DNA from: an uncultured Hormoscilla sp.
GTDB lineage: Bacteria > Cyanobacteriota > Cyanobacteriia > Cyanobacteriales > Desertifilaceae
Direction of reading: 5' to 3'
DNA length: 64,000 nt
NCBI GenBank assembly: GCA_963921275.4
Contig: OZ001293.3
Coordinates: forward strand, 5,184,001 to 5,248,000
A program made the translations under genes and the position numbers. The notes under the pieces were generated by a model that was not told where the DNA came from, ran no database searches, and was given only the letters and a program-made list of their open reading frames with translations. How positions within the stretch are numbered: position 1 is the stretch's first letter; each line of letters begins with the position of its first letter. This document shows, piece after piece, positions 23,455 to 32,276 of the stretch.

Positions 23455-25449
23455 TTAGTTTGATATGGGTGGTGGTAGATTGTCTGGTGGCTCTTCTGGT
23501 GGTGGCTCTTCTGGTGGTGGAGTTTCATCAGGTCGATCCACTGCTGGTAATAATCTATCTTGAAGTTTCTTTTTGAGCCGATCAAACTTTGATATAATTT
23601 CAGCTGACCGCTCGTCAACCAATTTCCTGAATGATGGATACTTTAAGTAAGTCCAGATGCTCCCTCCACTTATTATCGCTATCAAGATTAAAATACCTGC
23701 TAATCTAGCAGCCCATCTACCATATCGGGGCCCATGAATTCTGTCCTTTACTGCTATAGAAGTCGTCGCACCAGTAGTATCCGAGTTTCTATATAGAGAA
23801 GCTTGCCAAATTTCTGCTTTATCCTCGAAGGGAGAGAGTTGATATGGCTCTCCCAGCTTGGTTAAAGGCTGTACTTTTCGATCTGTTTGCTGCACTTGAC
23901 AATGGACTAACCCCACCGTAACATTATCATGACCATTTTCAGTGTTAGCAATATTTACCAGACTCTTGGCTACTCTCGCCAGATCGACATTTTCCTGTAT
24001 AATTCGCAGAATCTCTGACCTCCAATGTTCCTCTACCCGATCGTTATCACTCAACCCATCTGAGCACAGCAGAAAAACACAGTCTGAGTCCAATATCAAC
24101 CGCCCTACCGTCGGGTGCAGCGTCATTGAGGCACTCATACCTAATGCTTGGATCAGGTAACCGGATGTAATCTGTTGCAAGGCATCCCGATAGAAAGCAT
24201 AGCCCAAGCGTACCTCTCTAGATGCTACATCATCATCTAGGGTTACTTGATCGCAACCATCTTCTGTAATCCAATAGACCCGAGAATCTCCCACATGCGC
24301 GATGTAGGTTTCATAATCCTGCACAACTGTCATCACCACAGTTGTGCCCATGCGTTGCCGATACTGCCGGTCTTCATTATCATTGCGATCGCTAATCCGA
24401 TCGTTGGCATCTCGGATTGCCTGGTCTAGTGTTTGATATAGGTTTGACCGGTTCCCACCCGATCTGGCAAGCTGATTGACTCGATCCCCGATGGTGTCGA
24501 TCGCCAGATTTGAGGCCACATTGCCTCCTTTATGTCCGCCAATGCCATCACAGACGATCGTCAAAGCACAGTTCCTGTCTGCTGGCTTTAGTACCTTACC
24601 ACTGGATGGATAACAGGCATCTTCGTTGCGTCCGCGAGTAGGGCCCTTATCGCTGAGGGTAGCAATCTGGCATTGGACAGATTGGGCCGCTGAGCAATGA
24701 GCTAATGCATAATCTAACTGATCTATCAGTTCCTGCCATTCCAGTTGTTCTTTGCTCAGTTGACTAGATAGTTTTTTCAGAAATTCGGCAATTTCTGGTT
24801 GGGCATCGGGGGCCCATTTCGACCATAGCTTACCTAAATTTTTCAGACTGCTAAGAGATTTCTGGTCTGATTTCAACTCCAACAGACACAGTAAGTGACC
24901 TCGGCACCGCAGCAGATTTTCCTCTAGCAATGTCGAAGCTACATTCTGATTGCTGAGGGCCTTCCACAGCTGGGCTATCTGCCACAGCCAATTCAACTGG
25001 CGCATGACACTTGCCTGCTTCCAGACGTTAGTTAATTCTGGCAATAATGGGTTATCAGTTTCGGCCGACTCTAATTTCGAGATGTCGATCGGTCCTTTTT
25101 CCAGCAGCAGGATCGATTTTCCGGAGCCAGAACCTGCTGATACCAGTGCATAGGCTTGGGGGACATGCAGCCGATAGGGGAAAAGTCTCAGATAGGGTAC
25201 TGCCCGTGAGGGAATCTCATCTGGGGGTGCTTCCGGCGGTTCCCCGGGTTTGGCGTCCAGAAAAATCCGATCTGCTTTGCGTATATAACGTCCGTTACCC
25301 AAAGTCGATGGACAGCGTTCTTTGCTGACAGCCCACAGATAGCGTTTTGGTATCCTACTGCTGCATTGGGAGCAGAAATTATTTTTCTCGTCATTTGGAG
25401 TTTGACAATCTGGATTGGGGCAGTTTATGTTTGCCGCAGTTTTTTGCAT
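23455..25449 (-). CDS. PP2C/PPM Ser/Thr protein phosphatase with N-terminal Cys4 zinc ribbon and C-terminal TM segment
   Basis: 'RGRNED', 'VCDGIGGH', 'MGTT', 'HVGDSR', 'LCSDGLSD', 'GHDNVT'; CPNPDC..CSQC at N-terminus. Confidence 0.92.
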   Translation of the reverse strand: MQKTAANINCPNPDCQTPNDEKNNFCSQCSSRIPKRYLWAVSKERCPSTLGNGRYIRKADRIFLDAKPGEPPEAPPDEIPSRAVPYLRLFPYRLHVPQAYALVSAGSGSGKSILLLEKGPIDISKLESAETDNPLLPELTNVWKQASVMRQLNWLWQIAQLWKALSNQNVASTLLEENLLRCRGHLLCLLELKSDQKSLSSLKNLGKLWSKWAPDAQPEIAEFLKKLSSQLSKEQLEWQELIDQLDYALAHCSAAQSVQCQIATLSDKGPTRGRNEDACYPSSGKVLKPADRNCALTIVCDGIGGHKGGNVASNLAIDTIGDRVNQLARSGGNRSNLYQTLDQAIRDANDRISDRNDNEDRQYRQRMGTTVVMTVVQDYETYIAHVGDSRVYWITEDGCDQVTLDDDVASREVRLGYAFYRDALQQITSGYLIQALGMSASMTLHPTVGRLILDSDCVFLLCSDGLSDNDRVEEHWRSEILRIIQENVDLARVAKSLVNIANTENGHDNVTVGLVHCQVQQTDRKVQPLTKLGEPYQLSPFEDKAEIWQASLYRNSDTTGATTSIAVKDRIHGPRYGRWAARLAGILILIAIISGGSIWTYLKYPSFRKLVDERSAEIISKFDRLKKKLQDRLLPAVDRPDETPPPEEPPPEEPPDNLPPPISN

Positions 25450-25659
25450 GGAATTTCCTCGCGCCAATGAGCTAGGGGTTTGTGATTTTTCCGATTTTTC
25501 CGGAACGGTGGGCTAGCGACCAGTTATCAGCAATTTCAGCCCACGAGGTGACTCTTCGTCGGTCTGTACTCCCCGTTTTCTAGGTTATAATCTTTAGCGT
25601 TTGCCGTTTTTAGTAAACGCTTTAGCGTTTGCCTATTCAATCCATTATAGATCGCTATC

Positions 25660-26640
25660 ATGACCACTATATCTGCAGACACTACCAGTACTACTACTCA
25701 TACCTGGAGCTGGCGAGGTTTTCCCATCCGCTATCAAACTCAAGGAACTACCGGTCTGTGTCCCCCCTTTTGTGCGAGTAGCGCATGCGCTGCGCGCACG
25801 CTACGCGATCCCGGGGGATACAGACCTGCTGTGGTGATGGTGCATGGCTTTGGGGCTTCCTGCGCCCACTGGCGTAAAAACTTGCCAGTGCTGGGGACTG
25901 CTTGCCGTTGTTATGCGATCGACTTGATCGGTTTTGGCGGTTCCGCCAAACCTACTCCTGGGGTAGATATCGACTATACCTTTGCCATCTGGGGAGAGCA
26001 AATTGCTGATTTTTGTCAGGAAGTCGTGGGCGATCGGGTTTTTTTGGTAGGCAATTCCATTGGTTGTATTGCCCTGATGCAGGCAGCTGTAGATTATCCA
26101 GATCTGGCTTATGGAGTGGTGCTGATCGACTGTTCCCTGCGGCTATTACACGAGCGCAGACGACACCAGCTATCATGGCATCAACGATTTGGAGCCCCCA
26201 TCCTGCAAAATCTGCTAGCAGTCAAATGGATTGGGCAGCTATTCTTCAATCAAATTGCCCAGCCCCAAGTTGTGCGCAAGATTCTCCTGCAAGCCTACAA
26301 GCGTCCAGAAGCTGTCACCGACGAACTGGTAGACTTGCTGATCGCACCTGCCAGGGATACCGGTGCTGTCGATGTGTTTCTCGCCTTCACCCGCTATTCT
26401 ACTGGGCCACTTCCCGAAGCTCTCTTAGCCGAACTGAAATGTCCCGCTTTGATCCTCTGGGGAACGGAAGATCCGTGGGAACCGGTAGACCTGGGGCGTC
26501 AGTTAGCTGAATTTCCAGCAGTAGAGAAGTTTATTCCCCTGGCAGGTGTGGGACATTGCCCCCAAGATGAGGCACCGGAGCTAGTTAATCCGATTTTACT
26601 CGATTGGATCGAGGAGTTGCAAGGTAAAAATCAAAATTAA
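25660..26640 (+). CDS. Alpha/beta-fold hydrolase carrying a 69-bp in-frame hairpin insertion
   Basis: 'HGFGAS', 'GNSIG' nucleophile elbow, 'GHCPQDE'; extra LCPPFCASSACAARTLRDPGGYR encoded by 25756-25824. Confidence 0.9.
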   Translation: MTTISADTTSTTTHTWSWRGFPIRYQTQGTTGLCPPFCASSACAARTLRDPGGYRPAVVMVHGFGASCAHWRKNLPVLGTACRCYAIDLIGFGGSAKPTPGVDIDYTFAIWGEQIADFCQEVVGDRVFLVGNSIGCIALMQAAVDYPDLAYGVVLIDCSLRLLHERRRHQLSWHQRFGAPILQNLLAVKWIGQLFFNQIAQPQVVRKILLQAYKRPEAVTDELVDLLIAPARDTGAVDVFLAFTRYSTGPLPEALLAELKCPALILWGTEDPWEPVDLGRQLAEFPAVEKFIPLAGVGHCPQDEAPELVNPILLDWIEELQGKNQN

Positions 26641-26777
26641 AATATTTTTTCTTGTTCGCTTGACTTTCAGTGAACTAAAACAGTTGACAGGTGTAGAGGC
26701 CGATCGATGTAAAAAAGCAAGAATTAAACTGCATACCACCGGCTCCATACTGTTTGGGTATGACTTAAGGAGTTGAT

Positions 26778-27290
26778 TTACTCTACTGGGATGTCCTTAC
26801 GCTTCTGTACCAAGAGTAGGAGCGCAAACATTGCTGCCATTAGAATGCCCAATATACCCCAATGTCTAACCACATTCACCTTGAACGCAGAGCCATAATC
26901 TTCATGGAATTTGCGAATTATACCTTCTGCTTCACCGATGGCACTTTCCCGTTTTTCCTTCCACTCGCTATACTGCACTTGCCAGCTATTTACATCTTTT
27001 TTGTACTGACTGAGCTTATTCTTGTATGTCTCAAATTCCCTTGGATCTGACTGAAACTCACCTGGAGCTTCTGGTTTATCCGGTTCCGGCTTGTCTACAG
27101 CCTGGTTGTATTTTGCCTTAAGGCCAGGAAACTCACATTGTTTGAACAGTTGGGATCCTAAGCATGTGCAGCGTTCCTTTTCAGCCTTAGTCAGGTCTTT
27201 AGGTTTATTCTCTGACTGCTCGGAGAAGCACTTATCATCGGCTAGATCAGAACCTATGCCTGTTATTGTCACCAGGGAAAACGCATCTAA
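26778..27290 (-). pseudogene. Orphan C-terminal fragment of a cyanobacterial (FHA-)ABC transporter permease
   Basis: Cys-rich loop and terminal TM 'WGILGILMAAMFALLLLVQKRKD'; no ATPase or N-terminal part upstream. Confidence 0.6.
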
Positions 27291-27863
27291 ATTTTTTTGA
27301 CAAAAAACGGCTCTTATGCTACGAACAATTTTTTCTGACCATATTTGACAAGAAACGATATATATGGTACTATAAGGACTCGATCGGTTAATTGGCCTAA
27401 AAATGTGGTAAACTTTGTATCATGGCTACCAACAGCCGAGACAGCTCTAGATGGCTAGGCTTCCAGCTCACAGATTAAACTAAGCCAACGGGTCACCCCG
27501 CCGACTCGTCTTCAGAACCGGACGTGAGACTTTCACCTCATCCGGCTCCTCAGTTTCGCCATCCTTGTCATGGATACGGCCTTTGTCACCATCTCTGGCA
27601 GACTTTACATCATGGCAATAATCATGCAGCAACTGTAGGTTGGTATACCAGTCTTTACCTCCTTTAGAAACTGGTAGAATATGGTCAACCTCCCATTTGT
27701 CGCCATCTTTGAATTTCAGTCCGCAGTGCACACACTTACCATCCTGCTCTTTTAGCAGTCTGATAACTCTAGCGCTCACATCCGGGCTTTTTCTCAGTCT
27801 TTTGCTCCAATAAACCAGATTACCGTCAAACGGGCTAGCTGTCCCCTTAACCTTTACGTGTCT

Positions 27864-28125
27864 GTGCGATTCGTTCTAGCCTAACGTGGTCAAACACGGA
27901 ACGCTAGCCCGGTTTCATTAGCCGGGAACTCTGACCGCATGGGGGTTAAATTCCCCTCCCCCCAGGTACGGGGGTGACACCGGTCCTCGGTGCTACGAAG
28001 CGACATCATCGTGGTGCTAAGCGAGGACTCAAATGTAGGATAACTGGCAGCCTAAGCCGGTGACGCCGCTAGGAAAGATATCCAAGGTTAGAGCAGGCAA
28101 ACATGTGCAAGCCTCGTTATAAGGA
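27864..28125 (+). mobile_element. 5' part of a group II intron of the ORF-less-family type inserted antisense into the ORF of intron T, truncated by IS5
   Basis: GTGCGATTCGTTCTAGCCTAACGTGG start; domain I motifs shared with families A and Y. Confidence 0.82.
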
Positions 28126-28489
28126 ACCACAGGATTTCATCTTACCCCTGGCCAAGCCCACGACGGGAAAGGCGCTGACGTGCTATTGGATAAAATCGGT
28201 GAGATTGGCGCGCTGCTTGCAGATAAAGCCTATGATGCGGAACAACGTGTGCTCGAGCGCCTGAAAGAGGCGGATTGGATGGCTGTCATTCCTCCAAAAA
28301 GTAACCGCACAGAACACAGAGAATACGATGAAGAAATGTACAAGTGGCGGCATCTAATTGAAAATCTATTCCAAAAACTCAAGCAATACAGGGCTCTGGC
28401 GACACGCTACGATAAAACCGCTCGCAATTTCTTGGGTGCCATCTACCTCGCGGCAGCTGTAATATGGCTTAATTGATGACACGCCCTAG
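28126..28489 (+). pseudogene. IS5-family transposase 3' half
   Basis: 'LLADKAYD', 'VIPPKSNR', 'YKWRHLIENLFQKLKQYRALATRYDK'. Confidence 0.85.
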
Positions 28490-28714
28490 CAAATGAAACC
28501 AGACCAGACTTTCACCGTCACCGGTTTACGCCTGAACGAATCGCACCCGGACAACCTATATCCTTAACCGAGAAGTATTGCCAGCGCTCGTTAATCCGAT
28601 TTTACTCGATTGGATCTAAGCCGCAAATGTCTGACTAATACCATCGTCATGGGTGATCGGAAAGAATGAAACAGCCCTGGTTTCTGGATGCTCAGTTTAT
28701 TTATACCCGGCTAC

Positions 28715-30148
28715 TTACCAAGCATCGGATTGGCGGAGCAACTCGTTTTTGATCGCAAGCCAATCTCGACCCAATTGAATTGTCACATCCGAGTCCAAAT
28801 GACCAATGCTCTCAACTCGCACTTCTCCAAAACCCAGTCGGCGACGAATAGCTTTCGCACTATCGATGTCTCCGTATTGAGCGATAATCCGAGTCACCTC
28901 TAATGGCTCAGTCCAAGAACCACTGACATAGACGTTACTATAGCCCTCATCATACATGGTGTCGATAAAATCATCAACTGCTGCCCAATCTTCCGTGCTG
29001 TCTTGAACCGCCACCCGTAGGTAAGCTGGGTCAATTTCTTCTGATTCAGAAGCGCGATCACCAAAGTCAAAATGCTGGTGCATCATCTGGTCGATGCGGT
29101 GATAATCTGGCAACCAGTAGCTCACTTTGTATTCCTTGGGGTCGCTAAATCTGCCGGGAGTTAGCAACATCTGGATTTTCGATCTGTCTGTATCGCTAGC
29201 AAAATTTCCTAGCGCCAGTAACTCTTCGATGCTCAAGTTAGTATCGATGTCAGACTTGATCACTTCCAGAATTTTGGGTAATCGGGGGATGATTTGAGGG
29301 TTAATAGTTTGATCCATTAACGCCCGCATCAGTATTTGCTGCCGCTGAATGCGACCAATATCCCCTAAATAGTTGTTTCTAAAACGCAAAAATTGCAGCG
29401 TCCGCTCTCCATTTAGGTGTTGATCTCCGACTTTCAGATTAATGTACAAATGCTGGCTATCATCCTGGTACTTCATGTCGTAAGGCACGTAGACCGTCAC
29501 CCCACCTAAGGCATCAATTAGTTTTTCCACTGCCTTGATATTCACGCGGATGTAGCGATCTATCTCTACACCTCCTAGCAGGTCTTTCACAGAGGTTGCT
29601 GACATGGCAGGACCGCCAAATTCATTAGCTACATTGATTTTGCGCATACCATATCCTTCTACCCAGGAACGGGTATCCCGGGGGATTGAAAGCGCTACTA
29701 GCTTCTGACTCCTGGGGTCAAACCTGAGTAATAACATGGTATCGCTCAGACCCTCGAAGCTGTTAACTAGAGCATGGTATCCTAGGTCTACTTCTGATGG
29801 TTCGTCCAGGTCTGAAGTCAGGACTTTGATCCCTAACACCAAAATATTGACAGGACGATTCAGTTTTGGTAGCTGCAAATTATCGCCACTGGCAATGCGC
29901 TCTCCACTGTTAAAGACTTTCGCTTCTTGGGGACTCAGCTTGGCTTGCATCAGAGGCGTACTGACTAGAGACACTGCTAGCAATGCTCCTGCTGTTGCTG
30001 ACAGCATGGCGGTGCCTGCTAAGCCCAAGCCGATCGATATCCACTTGATTGTACTGGCTTGAGCCAATTTTATCCCAGCACGTTCTAAATAGGTAGATAC
30101 CAGATGATTGTGATTGATAATTTTTCTAGCGATCACTTGCTTCCTCAC
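28715..30148 (-). CDS. LCP (LytR-CpsA-Psr) family protein with C-terminal LytR_C-like domain
   Basis: 'SDTMLLLRFDP', 'SIPRDT', 'LRFR..GDIGRIQRQQ'; N-terminal TM. Confidence 0.92.
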   Translation of the reverse strand: MRKQVIARKIINHNHLVSTYLERAGIKLAQASTIKWISIGLGLAGTAMLSATAGALLAVSLVSTPLMQAKLSPQEAKVFNSGERIASGDNLQLPKLNRPVNILVLGIKVLTSDLDEPSEVDLGYHALVNSFEGLSDTMLLLRFDPRSQKLVALSIPRDTRSWVEGYGMRKINVANEFGGPAMSATSVKDLLGGVEIDRYIRVNIKAVEKLIDALGGVTVYVPYDMKYQDDSQHLYINLKVGDQHLNGERTLQFLRFRNNYLGDIGRIQRQQILMRALMDQTINPQIIPRLPKILEVIKSDIDTNLSIEELLALGNFASDTDRSKIQMLLTPGRFSDPKEYKVSYWLPDYHRIDQMMHQHFDFGDRASESEEIDPAYLRVAVQDSTEDWAAVDDFIDTMYDEGYSNVYVSGSWTEPLEVTRIIAQYGDIDSAKAIRRRLGFGEVRVESIGHLDSDVTIQLGRDWLAIKNELLRQSDAW

Positions 30149-30288
30149 AGGCTGTTTTTACTGTAATTAGCACCCTGATTTTCCTACTTTTTAACCCCAT
30201 TATTTTTCCCTTTGATGCCAAGGTAAGCCTTGCCACTTGCCGTATATAATTCGGACTAGGTATTTACATAATGCGGCAAGCTACGACC

Positions 30289-30651
30289 TTATGGAAGACG
30301 ATCGCCTAAGGGACTCACTCCAGGCAAGCGCGGGGACTGGCGTCGCCACAGACGTACCATCAGCCAAAATGATATCATAAAATAGCTCGAAGTCAGCAGG
30401 CTACTGGTTAATAACCAAGGTAGTCTCCATGACTCAAAAGTGCTAGCTCCAGTTTCCACCAACCCATGGCTGACTACCCACAGTAAACCCAGTACCACTG
30501 CTAAGCGACTCACCACTTGCTGCTGGCGATCACCTGTGCGCCGGTACTGGGTCCAGAGGGCGGGGAAGAAACCGATCACTGGAATCAGATAAATAAATAG
30601 TTGTAATCGCTTGAGGTCTTTATTCTCAAACGGGTCCCCATACCTGCTCAT
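30289..30651 (-). CDS. Small conserved cyanobacterial membrane protein
   Basis: 120 aa, three hydrophobic segments, 'YLIPVIGFFPALW'. Confidence 0.65.
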   Translation of the reverse strand: MSRYGDPFENKDLKRLQLFIYLIPVIGFFPALWTQYRRTGDRQQQVVSRLAVVLGLLWVVSHGLVETGASTFESWRLPWLLTSSLLTSSYFMISFWLMVRLWRRQSPRLPGVSPLGDRLP

Positions 30652-30661
30652 AAAATTTAAT

Positions 30662-30766
30662 GTTGTCAGTTGTCAGTTGTCAGTTGTCAGTTGTCAGTTG
30701 TCAGTTGTCAGTTGTCAGTTGTCAGTTGTCAGTTGTCAGTTGTCAGTTGTCAGTTGTCAGTTGTCA
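30662..30766. repeat. STRR-type heptamer tandem repeat (GTTGTCA)x15
   Basis: Perfect 7-bp tandem array read directly. Confidence 0.97.
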
Positions 30767-31027
30767 GCTGGTTGGGGAGACAAAAATATTCTGCCGATCG
30801 CCTTCCGTCTGGATAATTTCCTGAAACAGTTTGAAACCAAATATGGGATTTGCGTCTATCAGCTTCTGTTCTATCATCTCTGCTGCCTGTTTTTGTTTCC
30901 GGATGTTCTCCCAGTCCACTTTAGCATTTGAGCCATCAACACCTCCCATTTTTACACATCCCCATAAACTTAGCACCAATATCACACAGGCTATCGCTCT
31001 TCCTAATTTCACATTTTTTCTGTTCAT
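30764..31027 (-). pseudogene. Serpin N-terminal fragment with lipoprotein-like signal
   Basis: 'KLIDAN..FGFKLFQEI....NIFVSPTS' is the serpin helix A/s6B signature; frame stops at the heptamer array. Confidence 0.75.
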
Positions 31028-31111
31028 CTTCCCACTTGATATGTTATTTTATTCTAAGATAACTTTGATTACATATAGGGTTTCTCAAATTTATGTGGCA
31101 CGGAAAATGTA

Positions 31112-31274
31112 CTAGACAGTGCGAAGTTCTTTGAATAACTCTTGTATGCTAAGGTTTCAGCGATCTAAAGGCGAGAGGACTTTGGTCCTGAATTGAATTT
31201 ACTGTAAGCCAGTACCAGCAATCGTTTCAGCTTTGATAGTCAGTCATTTTTTATGAGAACTTCGCACTCTCCAG
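31112..31274. mobile_element. MITE (163 bp)
   Basis: Terminal inverted repeats CTAGACAGTGCGAAGTTCT / AGAACTTCGCACTCTCCAG; imperfect flanking repeat AAATGTA/AAATATA. Confidence 0.7.
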
Positions 31275-31414
31275 AAATATAGACAGCATAATAATTTCAG
31301 CGTTTTCCATCATAACACACTAGGCAAGATAACTACTATAAGCATCAGATCGATAACTACGAAACTCTTGCTTAGGGATTAGACCGGTTCTGTTTCAGAA
31401 GGGATTGAAGCAAG

Positions 31415-31840
31415 CTAGATGATATCCAAAAATTGGTTTCCTGTAGCCGTGAGTGAGATTAACCCCAGAGTCGCCGACTGCTGCAACACTCCCAGTAAGC
31501 CTGTCACAATTAGCCCCCGTTCTACTGCAAGTCGCCTTGCTTTAATATCGTCGAGTAAAATCAAATCTGCCTCTAGTTCTTCGGCCAGCAAAATCGTCTC
31601 GCGTTCGCCAGCACCCAATCGTTGCAGTGAGACGTCAGGGGGCATAGCTACCGATTGAATCTATAGCCAGTCTGGCGGGCTTGCAATCCAATTTTTCACT
31701 ATTGTTGGGGCTTCTGATGCCTCTAGTTCATCGCGCACTGCTTGGGGAATGAACACACGATAGAATAATTCTGGTAATAGTTCAAAATGATCGATCAGTA
31801 TCAGATAAAGCCAAGGTTACCTATTAGAGATAACAGTCAT
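31415..31840 (-). pseudogene. DUF3368/PIN-domain toxin, inactivated
   Basis: MTVISNR*PWLYL...IPQAVRDEL...DWL*IQ...LGAGERETILLA...LLDD: two in-frame stops; overlaps the antitoxin stop (ATGA). Confidence 0.75.
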
Positions 31841-32100
31841 TTTACCATCATTTTGTGAATATTATGGACATCTTGCTCTAGAGCGGCTAGGGGGTAGTTT
31901 AGATAAGCACCTTCTTTATTGAGAAACTCATCAACTTCATAGCGGCCTAAGCCAAGTATTTGTCCCACCTCAGCATGAGTAATTGCCTCATTGCGATAGG
32001 CTTCTGCGGCGGTAATTTCCAGTACCCGTTGTTCCAGATTGCCCCATTTCTTTTCCATATACTTGGCTATTTTGTCTGGGATTTCAATTGCAATTTTCAT
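31837..32100 (-). CDS. UPF0175-family putative antitoxin
   Basis: 87 aa, GGAGG RBS, 'EAYR..IT.AEVGQILGL.RYEVDEFL'. Confidence 0.78.
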   Translation of the reverse strand: MKIAIEIPDKIAKYMEKKWGNLEQRVLEITAAEAYRNEAITHAEVGQILGLGRYEVDEFLNKEGAYLNYPLAALEQDVHNIHKMMVK

Positions 32101-32276
32101 TGTCTAACCTCCTATGAAGCTTTGCGGTAGTCTAGCAAATATATTTGGGAAACGCTATCTAATCACGAACTTGTTACTTTTTTAGCAACAAATTTCTTCT
32201 GACGATTGCCATCTTCACCTGCATCCTACAGAAACCAGGTTTTCGCAAACAACCTGGTTTCTTACTGGTTTCTTCA

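Larger units (their letters stand above)
27474..28546 (-). mobile_element. Disrupted IEP-encoding group II intron T (3' part 27474-27863 with HNH fragment; 5' end at 28546)
   Basis: HNH ORF 'GKCVHCGL...VDHI...NLQLLHDYCH...EEPDEVKVSRPVLKTS' reading through domain V; end GTTTAAT; separate GTGCGATTCGTT 5' end at 28546. Confidence 0.8.

Noticed and set aside
23277..23618. ORFs over the AAAATTC repeats and the PP2C tail
   Set aside because: Explained by a short STRR-like heptamer run and the Pro/Glu-rich PP2C C-terminus
30611..30931. ORF with SVVSCQL repeats
   Set aside because: Translation of the heptamer array, antisense to the serpin fragment
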